Translations under genes and position numbers: made by a program
Notes under the pieces: generated by a model
What the model was told of the DNA's origin: nothing
Seen by the model: the letters and a program-made list of their open reading frames with translations, nothing else
The model's database searches: none
Shown: positions 46,911-56,500 of the stretch, piece by piece
Layout: each line of letters begins with the position of its first letter
Numbering within the stretch: position 1 is the first letter of the stretch
DNA from: Candidatus Celaenobacter antarcticus
GTDB lineage: Bacteria; Cloacimonadota; Cloacimonadia; JGIOTU-2
Reading direction: 5' to 3'
DNA: 64,000 nucleotides
Assembly (NCBI GenBank): GCA_030765865.1
Contig: JAVCDK010000035.1
Coordinates: forward strand, 291-64,290

Positions 46911-47921
46911 ATGATTAAAAAAACTAAAATATTCGTTGTGGCATCGTATAATGCAACTTATATTCTTCGAGATATTGAAATGTTAAGAAAATATTACTAT
47001 GTCAAAGTAATTGGTTGCAATGATAATCATAAGAACGTAATTAATATTTTATATACAATTATTGAGGTTATTAAGGGGGTGTGTTGGTCCGATTTGTCAT
47101 ACATCTGGTTTGCAGATTTTCGTGCGTTTGTAACAGTTCTGTTTGCTAAAATATTAAGGAAGAAAACGATCCTCGTAGTCGGCGGATATGAAGTTGCTCA
47201 TGTTACTGAAATATCCTATGGCGGCACGCTAAACGCTTTTTTAAAAAAGAAGATATCTTGGATCATACATCATGCTGATGTTGTTCTTTCGGTATCCAAT
47301 GCCAGCCGAAAAGAGCTGAAAAATAACTATGATTTTCATTCCTCCAAGCTCATCTATAATGGTGTGGAAACAGAAAAATTCAATGTTGATCCAAAAATTG
47401 GCAAAGAAGATATTGTAATTACTGTTGGTAATGTCACTAAGTCAAATCTATTACGAAAAGGAATCGAGATTTTTGTGAAAACTGCATCATATCTTCCTAA
47501 AATACCTTTTTATGTAATTGGAAGATATAATGAAGAAACGTATAATTATCTCAATGAAATTGCATCGGGCAATGTTATTTTTACCGGATTTATTTCAGAA
47601 AAGGAGCTTATCAAATTCTATCAAAAAGCCAAAGTGTATGTGCAGGTTTCTGCCCATGAGGGATTTGGTATCTCCCCTGCTGAGGCAATGTTATGTGAAT
47701 GTATTCCGGTCACGACCAATAGGGGAGCTCTTCCCGAAGTAGTGGGTAAAACTGGTTTTTATGTACCCTTTAATGATCCGGAAGAGACAGCAAAGGCAAT
47801 CAGAAAGGCAATCGAATCAGATAAAGGGTCCGAAGCACGAAATTATATATTAGAGAATTTCTCGATGAAAAAAAGAGAGGAAGCTATAAAAAACATCATT
47901 CAAGATACATTATGCAAATAA
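46911..47921 (+). CDS. GT4 glycosyltransferase
   Basis: EGFGISPAEAMLCECIPVTTNRGALPEVV (the E-X7-E region). Confidence 0.75.
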   Translation: MIKKTKIFVVASYNATYILRDIEMLRKYYYVKVIGCNDNHKNVINILYTIIEVIKGVCWSDLSYIWFADFRAFVTVLFAKILRKKTILVVGGYEVAHVTEISYGGTLNAFLKKKISWIIHHADVVLSVSNASRKELKNNYDFHSSKLIYNGVETEKFNVDPKIGKEDIVITVGNVTKSNLLRKGIEIFVKTASYLPKIPFYVIGRYNEETYNYLNEIASGNVIFTGFISEKELIKFYQKAKVYVQVSAHEGFGISPAEAMLCECIPVTTNRGALPEVVGKTGFYVPFNDPEETAKAIRKAIESDKGSEARNYILENFSMKKREEAIKNIIQDTLCK

Positions 47922-49447
47922 AAATCGGCCTTTGTATTCCAAATCCCGGCTGGGAACTTGTACTTTCCCAAGAAGGACTTTGCTTCGAGACTATCGAAAA
48001 AGATTCGGAATTTAACTTGGAAGAATTCGTTCTTGTCATTCCAAACCGTGAATTTGTAGAAAGCAATAGATATCTCTTTATTAAATACCTCGCAAAGAAT
48101 GGGCTGATTATAGTAGATAAAGAAACATTTCCCATACTCCTCGATATTGGAGCTCATAAAAGGAATGTGTCATATATAATCCCCAAGGTCGGTTCTTTGT
48201 TTATGAAATTCGGTCTTGTCGATTTTTATTCTGAATTCAGTATTCCTAAAGGTAATTCATTGTTAATTCTGGATGAATTCCTTGATATTTATGAATATTT
48301 AGATAAATCAGGAACTGTAGTAATTTTACCGTTTTCGATAAATGAACTAATTCTTAACAAGAGCTCAGTCCGTAAACGTTTCTATGCAGAAAGAAAAGAG
48401 CTTCCATCCGAAGTTGTATCGAAAGTGAGCAAAGGTAAGATCAGGGAGATAATTTTCCAGATAATACTACAAAATTTTCTGAAATTGAAAATTCCTCTTG
48501 CTCAGAAATGGTACTATCCGTCCGGAAGTGAGAGTGTTTTTATCTTTCGTGTAGATACTGATTTCTGTTCTGCAGAGGATGCAAAAAATCTGTATGCACT
48601 TTGTATAAAATATAATATCAATGCCACGTGGTTCGTTGACACAAAAGACCAAAGGATGCTTCCCGAAATATATAAATCTTTTACTCAGCATGAGCTTGCT
48701 ATACATTGTGAGAACCATAAGGTTTATAAATCTTATAAGGAAAATTATGATAATATCCTTTGTGCTAAGAATAAGTTAATGAAGTATGGTGTCACTGCGA
48801 AAGGATTCGCTGCTCCTTTTGGAGAGTGGAATAACAATCTCGGAAAGGTGTTGGAAGATCTTGATTTTGAATACTCGTCAGAATTTGGACTGGATTATGA
48901 TGATCTGCCATTCTATCCCTTTGTGGAAGACCACTTCACATCAGTTATGCAAATACCAATCCATCCAATAAGTGTTGGAAGACTGCGAAGAGCGCATTTC
49001 AACGATGTGGAAATGGTGAATTATTATAAAGCTATTATAGACTATGATCTTTCACAAAATATGCCTGTGATTCTTTATCACCATCCACATCATAGGCGGC
49101 TGAATGTTTGGGAAGAGGTATTTTCGTACATTCAAACAAAAAAAGTTTGGAATCCAACAATGCATGAGTTTTTTAAGTGGTGGAAGAGAAGAAATAATAA
49201 TTCATTTTCTTATGATTTCTCGGATGAAAATATAAAAGTAATTAGTAATGGTGACATGGATTTTCGATTACTTGACTTTCAAAAGGGTTCTACGATTGTG
49301 AATTCAAATGTGTCACATAAGCTCGATGAAATATCCTTTACTAAAAAAGAGTATCTTCGTTTTAATGAGAAAAAATCAATGAGAAGATATCATTGGCGAG
49401 ATTCGCTTAATAATTACGAACAAAAGAAAGCAAAGAAGAAACAATGA
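47912..49447 (+). CDS. Two-domain protein: unknown N-terminal ~190 aa plus a polysaccharide deacetylase (NodB/CE4)-like domain
   Basis: FIFRVDTDF, ATWFV, ELAIHCENH and PFGEW motifs consistent with a CE4-like fold. Confidence 0.55.
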   Translation: MQIKIGLCIPNPGWELVLSQEGLCFETIEKDSEFNLEEFVLVIPNREFVESNRYLFIKYLAKNGLIIVDKETFPILLDIGAHKRNVSYIIPKVGSLFMKFGLVDFYSEFSIPKGNSLLILDEFLDIYEYLDKSGTVVILPFSINELILNKSSVRKRFYAERKELPSEVVSKVSKGKIREIIFQIILQNFLKLKIPLAQKWYYPSGSESVFIFRVDTDFCSAEDAKNLYALCIKYNINATWFVDTKDQRMLPEIYKSFTQHELAIHCENHKVYKSYKENYDNILCAKNKLMKYGVTAKGFAAPFGEWNNNLGKVLEDLDFEYSSEFGLDYDDLPFYPFVEDHFTSVMQIPIHPISVGRLRRAHFNDVEMVNYYKAIIDYDLSQNMPVILYHHPHHRRLNVWEEVFSYIQTKKVWNPTMHEFFKWWKRRNNNSFSYDFSDENIKVISNGDMDFRLLDFQKGSTIVNSNVSHKLDEISFTKKEYLRFNEKKSMRRYHWRDSLNNYEQKKAKKKQ

Positions 49448-50484
49448 GAATTTACTTGGCAAGCTACCAAACTTTAATGATCAATCGGGGAGGACCCACT
49501 TATAAGATATTATGTCTGAGAGATGAGCTTGAGAAAATGGGCGTGGATGTTCACTTGTTCGATATGTGGGATTATGGCATGAAGTTTACCGATGATGATT
49601 TGATCCATATTTTCAATGCGAACATTTATACTTATCCTCTTGCAATTAATCTAAAATTGTATGGTGCCAAATACGTCGTGAATCCAATTTTTTATAGCAA
49701 TCATTCTGCTCAAAAGATTCACATGTATAGAATGCTTGAAGCTCCTTTCAGAAAGATATTCAAAAGAACTTATTCCGATTATTTTTTCACGAAATATATC
49801 TGTGACAATGCTGAAAGGGTTTTACCGAATACTCGTGATGAAGGGAATATTCTAAATAGTGCACTCGGGATAAAGAGAGAAAAGATCGAAGTAATACACA
49901 ATGGCGTCGAGGAACGATTCGCTTATGCTGACCCCTCTCTTTTTGAAAAGAAATATGGTCTTAAGGATTTTATTTTATATGTAGGTCATCTTGGAGCGGT
50001 GAGAAAAAACGGTCCTAAGATTATCGAAGCACTGAAAAAGATCGATAATCCTGCAGTTATTATTGCGGATGTTCTAAAAAATGAAGAAGGTGCTGCATGC
50101 AGGGAGGAAATCGAAAAATCCAATAATATTACGTTTATTGAATGGCTAAAACATGACGATCCGATGTTCGCATCTGCATATGCTGCTTGCCATACTTTTA
50201 TTTTGCCGACCCGTTATGAAACGCCCGGAAGAGCAGCGTTGGAAGCAGGACTTGCAGGTGCAAATATAGTTATCACTCCATATGGCGGAACGAGAGAGTA
50301 TTTCGAGCATTTCGCTGAGTATGTTGAACCCCATTCAGTTGATTCCATAAAAAAGGGAGTCGTAAGATCATTGAATAAAAAGAAAAACGATCAGCTTAAA
50401 GAGCATATTTTAAGTAGATTTGTTTGGGAAATAATTGCCGCAAAAACAGTGGATATGTATGATAAAATATTAGAAAATGAGTAA
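49444..50484 (+). CDS. GT4/GT1 glycosyltransferase
   Basis: ILPTRYETPGRAALEAGLAGANIVITPYGGTREYF. Confidence 0.7.
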   Translation: MRIYLASYQTLMINRGGPTYKILCLRDELEKMGVDVHLFDMWDYGMKFTDDDLIHIFNANIYTYPLAINLKLYGAKYVVNPIFYSNHSAQKIHMYRMLEAPFRKIFKRTYSDYFFTKYICDNAERVLPNTRDEGNILNSALGIKREKIEVIHNGVEERFAYADPSLFEKKYGLKDFILYVGHLGAVRKNGPKIIEALKKIDNPAVIIADVLKNEEGAACREEIEKSNNITFIEWLKHDDPMFASAYAACHTFILPTRYETPGRAALEAGLAGANIVITPYGGTREYFEHFAEYVEPHSVDSIKKGVVRSLNKKKNDQLKEHILSRFVWEIIAAKTVDMYDKILENE

Positions 50485-51937
50485 ATATCTAAAGAAAATT
50501 TTAGAGTATTCTGCAAATACATTCTTCAATAAACTTCTTTTACTCTTATTGTTACCCTTATTTACAAGATGGCTGATTCCTGAAGAATATGCAATCTATA
50601 CCAATTTGCTTGTTTTTACATCCTTTGCAGGTCTCATCTATATGTTAGGGCAGCAGCAGGCAGTTTTTTCTTATTTCTATTTTAAAAAGACAGATGATTA
50701 TCATTTTACATATATTTCCTCGATCTTTGTCACTATTATCTCTGTGGGAATTGTATTATCTTTACTGGTAATTTTATTTAGACATCAACTTTCGATTTTT
50801 GTGTTAAGAACGAGCAAATATTCTCATCTTTTTATTCCTGTTTCCATTCTACTATTTTGTGATGTGCTTCTGGGACTGACACTCAGTATTCTTAATATAA
50901 TGGAGAAGTCATCGTCATTTTTGAAAATCGGAATGATAAAAAATTCTATGTTCTTTTTGTTTATTATATCGTGCGTTATTATTAAAGGATTTTCGATAGA
51001 ATGGATATTTATTTTTCTTGCAATTTCTTCATTCGTTTCCGCTTTATGCGGATTGATTACTATCAGAAAAATATTAAATAGATTTTCTTGCAAACATGCT
51101 AAAAAATGTTACTTTTCACTTTCGCGTATAAAAACACTTCTTGCATTTGGCATAATAATGATACCCGGTACTCTTGCAATGATATCTTTAAGACTTTCCG
51201 ATAGATGGATGCTTACATATTTTTCGCCTAACTCACTCTATGATGTAGGAATTTATGCAGTTGGATATAAAATAGGAATGATAATCACGATTGTTAATTC
51301 TCTGGTTAGTCTTGTTTGCTTTCCTTATGCAATGAAGATAAAAGATCCTAAGAGTGCAAAAAAGGTTTTTACAAAAATATTTAATTATTATGTACTCTTT
51401 GGGGGTTTTATAGGGATAATTATTGTCGTTTTTGCACCGGAGATTTTCAAGATTTTTATTGATAAAACTTATTTCAGTGCAGCAAAATTAGTGATCTTTG
51501 GCGTTGCATCTAATTTTTTACTCGGTATTTACAATATCATTAATCTCGTGTTGTATATGAACCAGAAAGCAATAAATATAACTATTGCAGTTGCTATCGG
51601 CGCTGCTTCAAATTTGCTCCTAAATTATCTGCTTATTCCGACTTTCGGAGTGAACGGAGCCGGTTATGCTTCCATTATTGCCTATTCAATAATCGTAATT
51701 TGTAATTACTATTATTCGAGGAAAGTATTTCAAATGAAATATAAGATCGAGTATGTGTCTGTCGTTTTATTATGTCTGATTGCCATCTCATACATAACAT
51801 GTCTTTTGCCGACAACATGGATGATTTCCACAGCCAAATTATTGATTATCCTCTTCATATCTTATTTGATGTTCAAGCATATTGTAAAAAGTCATGACAA
51901 AATATTTATAAAAAAGTTGTTCGTACAAAAATACTGA
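50477..51937 (+). CDS. Second oligosaccharide flippase (Wzx/MOP superfamily)
   Basis: 486-aa polytopic protein with Wzx-like topology, located in glycan locus 2. Confidence 0.65.
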   Translation: MSKYLKKILEYSANTFFNKLLLLLLLPLFTRWLIPEEYAIYTNLLVFTSFAGLIYMLGQQQAVFSYFYFKKTDDYHFTYISSIFVTIISVGIVLSLLVILFRHQLSIFVLRTSKYSHLFIPVSILLFCDVLLGLTLSILNIMEKSSSFLKIGMIKNSMFFLFIISCVIIKGFSIEWIFIFLAISSFVSALCGLITIRKILNRFSCKHAKKCYFSLSRIKTLLAFGIIMIPGTLAMISLRLSDRWMLTYFSPNSLYDVGIYAVGYKIGMIITIVNSLVSLVCFPYAMKIKDPKSAKKVFTKIFNYYVLFGGFIGIIIVVFAPEIFKIFIDKTYFSAAKLVIFGVASNFLLGIYNIINLVLYMNQKAINITIAVAIGAASNLLLNYLLIPTFGVNGAGYASIIAYSIIVICNYYYSRKVFQMKYKIEYVSVVLLCLIAISYITCLLPTTWMISTAKLLIILFISYLMFKHIVKSHDKIFIKKLFVQKY

Positions 51938-51954
51938 AGAGTTTGAAAAAACAA

Positions 51955-53226
51955 ATGAGATTGTTATTATTTAGCTATTATTATCCTCCATTAGGCGGTC
52001 CCGGAGTTCAGAGACCGTGCAGGATGGTTTATTATTTTCGTAAGAACGGATGGGATGTCGATGTTATTTCCGTTAAAGATATAGTATTCCATTCCTATGA
52101 CAGAGTTATGCTGAAAGAATGCAGGGAGAATTCTGTGCATCGAGTGAGATCATGGGATTTAATGTCACTGTTCCATTGGTTGAAAAGAAGTCGCGATTTT
52201 AAGGAAGAAAAGATATATTTTCAAACTCAGGAAAAGTATAAAAGGATTATTAGAGGATTATTTCCAATTGATGATAAAATTGGCTGGCTGCCATTTGCTT
52301 ATAAACAGGGTGTGAAATTATGCTCCAAAACTCGCTATGATGCAGTCATGGCAACGATAGGACCTTATTCTTCTGCTGTTGTGACTTATCTTGTTAGTAA
52401 GAGATGCGATATACCACTCGTTATAGATTATCGTGATGCATGGACACTTCATCCTTATGTGAATTTCCTCTCTATTCTCCATAAGAAGTTAGCTCATAAC
52501 TGGGAACTTAAAATATTGAAATGGTCTCGTGCTATTTCTGTAAACAGCAAGCAACTTAAGAAAAATCTCTCTGTAGAGTTTGGTGACAATTTAAAACCAA
52601 AAATACATGTTATGTATAATGCATGGGATGAAAGAGATTTTCCTGTTAAGCTACCTAAGAAAGTAAAACGTAATGTAATTGAGTTTTTTTATATGGGGGG
52701 ATTCTATGGACTTCAAACTCCCAAATATTTTATTTCAGCTTTAGATGAGCTGATATCGGAAAATTCTATGCCCGACAATGTCATAGTAACCTTTGTAGGA
52801 AATTATTTTTATGAAGTTACACAGTTGTTGAAAAATTGCAGAGCACGGGAAATAATTGATGTTGTGCCGCAAATTTCCCATAAAAAAGTAATTGAGAAAA
52901 TGCTTTCAGCAGATGTGTTGATTTTATTCGTTGCTACTTACAAAGGGAAGGGAGTTATCCCGGGAAAACTTTTTGAGTATTTGCGCTCCCAAAAAGAAAT
53001 TCTTGCCATGATACCTCCAGATGGTGAAACGGCAGAGATCCTGAAATATCACGGTCATACTATGATATGTTCTGTGGAAGATATTGAGAAACTTAAAGCG
53101 AATTTTATAGAAATTTACAATAAAGTTCTCACCGGTAGGGAGCAGAGCTACAAAATTGATGAATTCTATAGCAGAGAGCATCAAACAAAAGAATTTATGG
53201 ATTTCATACAGAAGAGAATCAATTAA
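51955..53226 (+). CDS. Glycosyltransferase (GT4-like)
   Basis: LLLFSYYYPPLGGPGVQR N-terminus and C-terminal GKLFEYL. The start is taken at ATG 51955 rather than TTG 51943. Confidence 0.6.
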   Translation: MRLLLFSYYYPPLGGPGVQRPCRMVYYFRKNGWDVDVISVKDIVFHSYDRVMLKECRENSVHRVRSWDLMSLFHWLKRSRDFKEEKIYFQTQEKYKRIIRGLFPIDDKIGWLPFAYKQGVKLCSKTRYDAVMATIGPYSSAVVTYLVSKRCDIPLVIDYRDAWTLHPYVNFLSILHKKLAHNWELKILKWSRAISVNSKQLKKNLSVEFGDNLKPKIHVMYNAWDERDFPVKLPKKVKRNVIEFFYMGGFYGLQTPKYFISALDELISENSMPDNVIVTFVGNYFYEVTQLLKNCRAREIIDVVPQISHKKVIEKMLSADVLILFVATYKGKGVIPGKLFEYLRSQKEILAMIPPDGETAEILKYHGHTMICSVEDIEKLKANFIEIYNKVLTGREQSYKIDEFYSREHQTKEFMDFIQKRIN

Positions 53227-53227
53227 T

Positions 53228-54217
53228 ATGATATATAAGTTTACTGTCAGACAAAATATAATTTACACCTTATCAAAAATAAGTAATTTGTTCCGAATAT
53301 TCCACAGAATTCCTCATAGAAAAGAGGGGATCAGTGTGATGATGCGAGTTAAGAACGAAGAGGATTGGATCGGTTTGTCTCTTCAATCCTTGAAATCCTT
53401 TGCCGATGAGGTGATTATTGTTGATAACGGTTCAACTGACAATACGATTCGGGAAGTAGAAAAAGTAATACCAATTCTTCCATTCAAAGTGATAATTGAA
53501 CAAAATCCATCTTATGATATTTGTGAGATTGGCAACCGGGCTTTAGCGCTCACATCTTATAGATGGATTGTTCGGTGGGATGGTGATTTTATCGCATATA
53601 CTTCTGGCGAACGCAATATTATTGGACTACGAAAATATTTGTTATCTTTGAACCAACATAATTTTTATCACATTTATCCGGTTCTTATTAATTTTTCTTA
53701 TGATCTATTTCATATTAGAAAAGCTCGTGATCTCCATTCCGAGGGCTATATTCATACATTTCATCCATCTCTTAGGTACGTCAAAAGAGGAGTGTTTGAA
53801 GTATTAAAGGTCCCTCTTTTTTATCGTCTAATAAAAATATATGATATATACTTTATTCATACAGGAAATACAAAATCAATTGAAAAACTACTTTACAGAC
53901 ATTACTTGCTTTCATGGATCAGATTAAAAAAGAGAAGAAAAGCATGCAGTATAATAGATTTTATTCATGCAGAAGCAAAAAAAACATGGGGCACGGAAAA
54001 TCTAAAGAAAATCATACAGGAGATCTTTCTCGAACAACGACCATATTTACAAAAATATCAAGTAGAAAAATACGGTGATTATCCACAATTGGTTAAGCCG
54101 GCATTGCAAAATCAGAAATACAGAATTGTTTACAGGGATGGGAAACCGTTCATGAGAAACGATATGCTTATCTTTAATGAAGATAGTATTAATAAAAACG
54201 GTATTTTATATCGATGA
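53228..54217 (+). CDS. Family 2 glycosyltransferase
   Basis: ISVMMRVKNEEDWIGLSLQSL..VIIVDNGSTDNT. The start is taken at ATG 53228, just after the preceding stop. Confidence 0.7.
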   Translation: MIYKFTVRQNIIYTLSKISNLFRIFHRIPHRKEGISVMMRVKNEEDWIGLSLQSLKSFADEVIIVDNGSTDNTIREVEKVIPILPFKVIIEQNPSYDICEIGNRALALTSYRWIVRWDGDFIAYTSGERNIIGLRKYLLSLNQHNFYHIYPVLINFSYDLFHIRKARDLHSEGYIHTFHPSLRYVKRGVFEVLKVPLFYRLIKIYDIYFIHTGNTKSIEKLLYRHYLLSWIRLKKRRKACSIIDFIHAEAKKTWGTENLKKIIQEIFLEQRPYLQKYQVEKYGDYPQLVKPALQNQKYRIVYRDGKPFMRNDMLIFNEDSINKNGILYR

Positions 54218-55365
54218 AAGAAATATTTGATAAACCAAAGATAAAAATTTTGCATATCCAGTTATTGCCTTTATTATCGGGAGTGCAGAATGTGATGATA
54301 GATATAATGGAAAATGCAAGTCCCGACCAATTTGAATTTTCAGTTATTTCAGCACCTCATGGACCATTAATTATGAAACTTAAGAATATGGATCTAAAGC
54401 ATTATCCATTACCTGGTTTGATTCGAGAGATAAATTTGTATGATATCATTATTTTTTTTAAAATTTATAAGGTCTGCCGTAGTGGTGGATTTGATATTGT
54501 GCATACACACTCTTCCAAAACAGGTTTCCTTGGTAGAATCGCTGCAAGAATAGCCGGTATTCCTGTTGTTATCCATACTATTCATGGTTTCCCTTTCAAT
54601 CCTTTCCAAAGTAAGGTAAAGCAAAATCTCTATAAAACGTTGGAAAGAATCGCCGGTTACTTTTGCGATATGACAGTTTCGGTAAATCGCTCGGAACGAG
54701 AACTCGCTATTAAAGATCATATAATTCCTTCAGAAAAAATCATGACCATATATAATGGGATCGATATAGTTAATTCAAGAACCTGTATTCATAGAGAGGA
54801 GCTGGGGTTTGATAAGAAGGATATAATTATTGGTTCGATTTGCAGATTTTCCGAACAAAAAAATATAATCAATATGATAAAAACTGCCATCGAAATCGTC
54901 GAAAAAAATAATAAAATTAAATTTGTATTTCTTGGAGATGGTGAATTATGGAGTGAAGCTGAAAAATTAGTTCAAGAGAAGAATCTAACTTCTAAAATAT
55001 TGCTTCCAGGATGGACAACAAACGTTAGAAATTGGCTATTATTATTTGATATTTATGTTTTGTACTCTCGATGGGAAGGATTATCTCTTTCTATTCTCGA
55101 AGCAATGTCGGTTGGCTTGCCGATAATTGCATCAGACATAAAAGGAAATAATGAACTTGTGCAAAATGGTTATAACGGCTTTTTAATAAAAATCGACGAC
55201 AAAACTTTACTTGCTCAAAAGATTTTAAGTTTATCTACACATTATAAGATAAGAAATGAAATGGGTAAAAAAAGTCTTGTACTTGTGAAAAATATTTTTT
55301 CCTTAAAATTATTTTTAGATAGCTATAATAATTTATATAATAATTTATATAGAGTAAAATCATGA
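54214..55365 (+). CDS. GT4 glycosyltransferase
   Basis: VHTHSSKTGFLGR and WEGLSLSILEAMSVGLPIIASDIKGNNELV. Confidence 0.8.
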   Translation: MKEIFDKPKIKILHIQLLPLLSGVQNVMIDIMENASPDQFEFSVISAPHGPLIMKLKNMDLKHYPLPGLIREINLYDIIIFFKIYKVCRSGGFDIVHTHSSKTGFLGRIAARIAGIPVVIHTIHGFPFNPFQSKVKQNLYKTLERIAGYFCDMTVSVNRSERELAIKDHIIPSEKIMTIYNGIDIVNSRTCIHREELGFDKKDIIIGSICRFSEQKNIINMIKTAIEIVEKNNKIKFVFLGDGELWSEAEKLVQEKNLTSKILLPGWTTNVRNWLLLFDIYVLYSRWEGLSLSILEAMSVGLPIIASDIKGNNELVQNGYNGFLIKIDDKTLLAQKILSLSTHYKIRNEMGKKSLVLVKNIFSLKLFLDSYNNLYNNLYRVKS

Positions 55366-56417
55366 TTTATTTCGGAGTATTTCTGCTTTCATTCTTAGTA
55401 ACCTATTTTATGGTACCTATAAATTGTAAGCTTTCCAAAAAATTTGGTATAATTGATTACCCAAGAGGGAGACGTATTCATAAAGTTCCGACCCCAAAGA
55501 GCGGCGGCATTTCACTTTTTATTGGATTAATTGTTAGCCAATTTGTTTTAGTTTTACTTGGAGTTCAGGAGTTCAATAATCTTTTCATAGGTTTGATTTG
55601 TGGTGGATTTCTCATGCTTGTTTTAGGTTTATTGGACGATATTTATAATTTACGTCCTTGGGAAAAATTAGTTGCAGAAGTTATTATTGCTTTATTTATG
55701 ATTCTCCTCGGATTCAAAATTAGATTGATCACTAATCCTTTTGGTCCATCAGTAAATGTCGGAGTTTTATCTATTCCTCTCACAATAATTTGGTTTCTGC
55801 TTATAATTAATTCAATAAATTTAATTGACGGACTTGATGGATTAGCAGCTGGTATTGCGGCAATCGTGACGCTAACATTAAGTATAGCTAGCATAGTATG
55901 TTGTAACATCTTTATTGCTTATTTTGCTTTTTCTATCTTTGGGAACTGCCTGGCTTTTCTGAAATACAATTTCCACCCTGCAAAAATATTTTTGGGAGAT
56001 ACTGGCAGTCTTTTTTTGGGATTTAATATCGCAGCAATATCTGTAGCAGGTAATATACAGTTCAAAGGCACGACTGCAATGACAATGTTAATTCCGATAA
56101 TTGTATTATTCATCCCATTATTTGATACGATTTTGGCAATTATTCGGAGATTGAAGTCTTCTAATAGTCTCTTCGAAGCAGACAAAAATCATCTTCATCA
56201 CAAAATGCTGGATATAGGTTTACCCTATAAGACAGTGGTCTTAATAGGATATTTTTTGACTTTTTTATTTGGTATTATTTCTATGGGGTTTTTATTGGTT
56301 GATAAAAAGATTCTTTTCAGTCTTTGTGTTATTTTAGGCGCAATAATATTAATAATATTATTTAATATTATTAAAAGAGATTTTTTTAAATTACATAAAA
56401 ATATAAAAATATTATGA
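55362..56417 (+). CDS. Polyprenyl-phosphate glycosyl-1-phosphate transferase (WecA/MraY family)
   Basis: NLIDGLDGLAAG, FLGDTGSLFLG and multiple TM helices. Confidence 0.85.
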   Translation: MIYFGVFLLSFLVTYFMVPINCKLSKKFGIIDYPRGRRIHKVPTPKSGGISLFIGLIVSQFVLVLLGVQEFNNLFIGLICGGFLMLVLGLLDDIYNLRPWEKLVAEVIIALFMILLGFKIRLITNPFGPSVNVGVLSIPLTIIWFLLIINSINLIDGLDGLAAGIAAIVTLTLSIASIVCCNIFIAYFAFSIFGNCLAFLKYNFHPAKIFLGDTGSLFLGFNIAAISVAGNIQFKGTTAMTMLIPIIVLFIPLFDTILAIIRRLKSSNSLFEADKNHLHHKMLDIGLPYKTVVLIGYFLTFLFGIISMGFLLVDKKILFSLCVILGAIILIILFNIIKRDFFKLHKNIKIL

Positions 56418-56500
56418 ATTAAAATAAGTTAATTTCATATAAAAAAATATTGTTATTATGCAGGAATTACCTAATGACAGAAACAAAAAGAGGATTTGTA

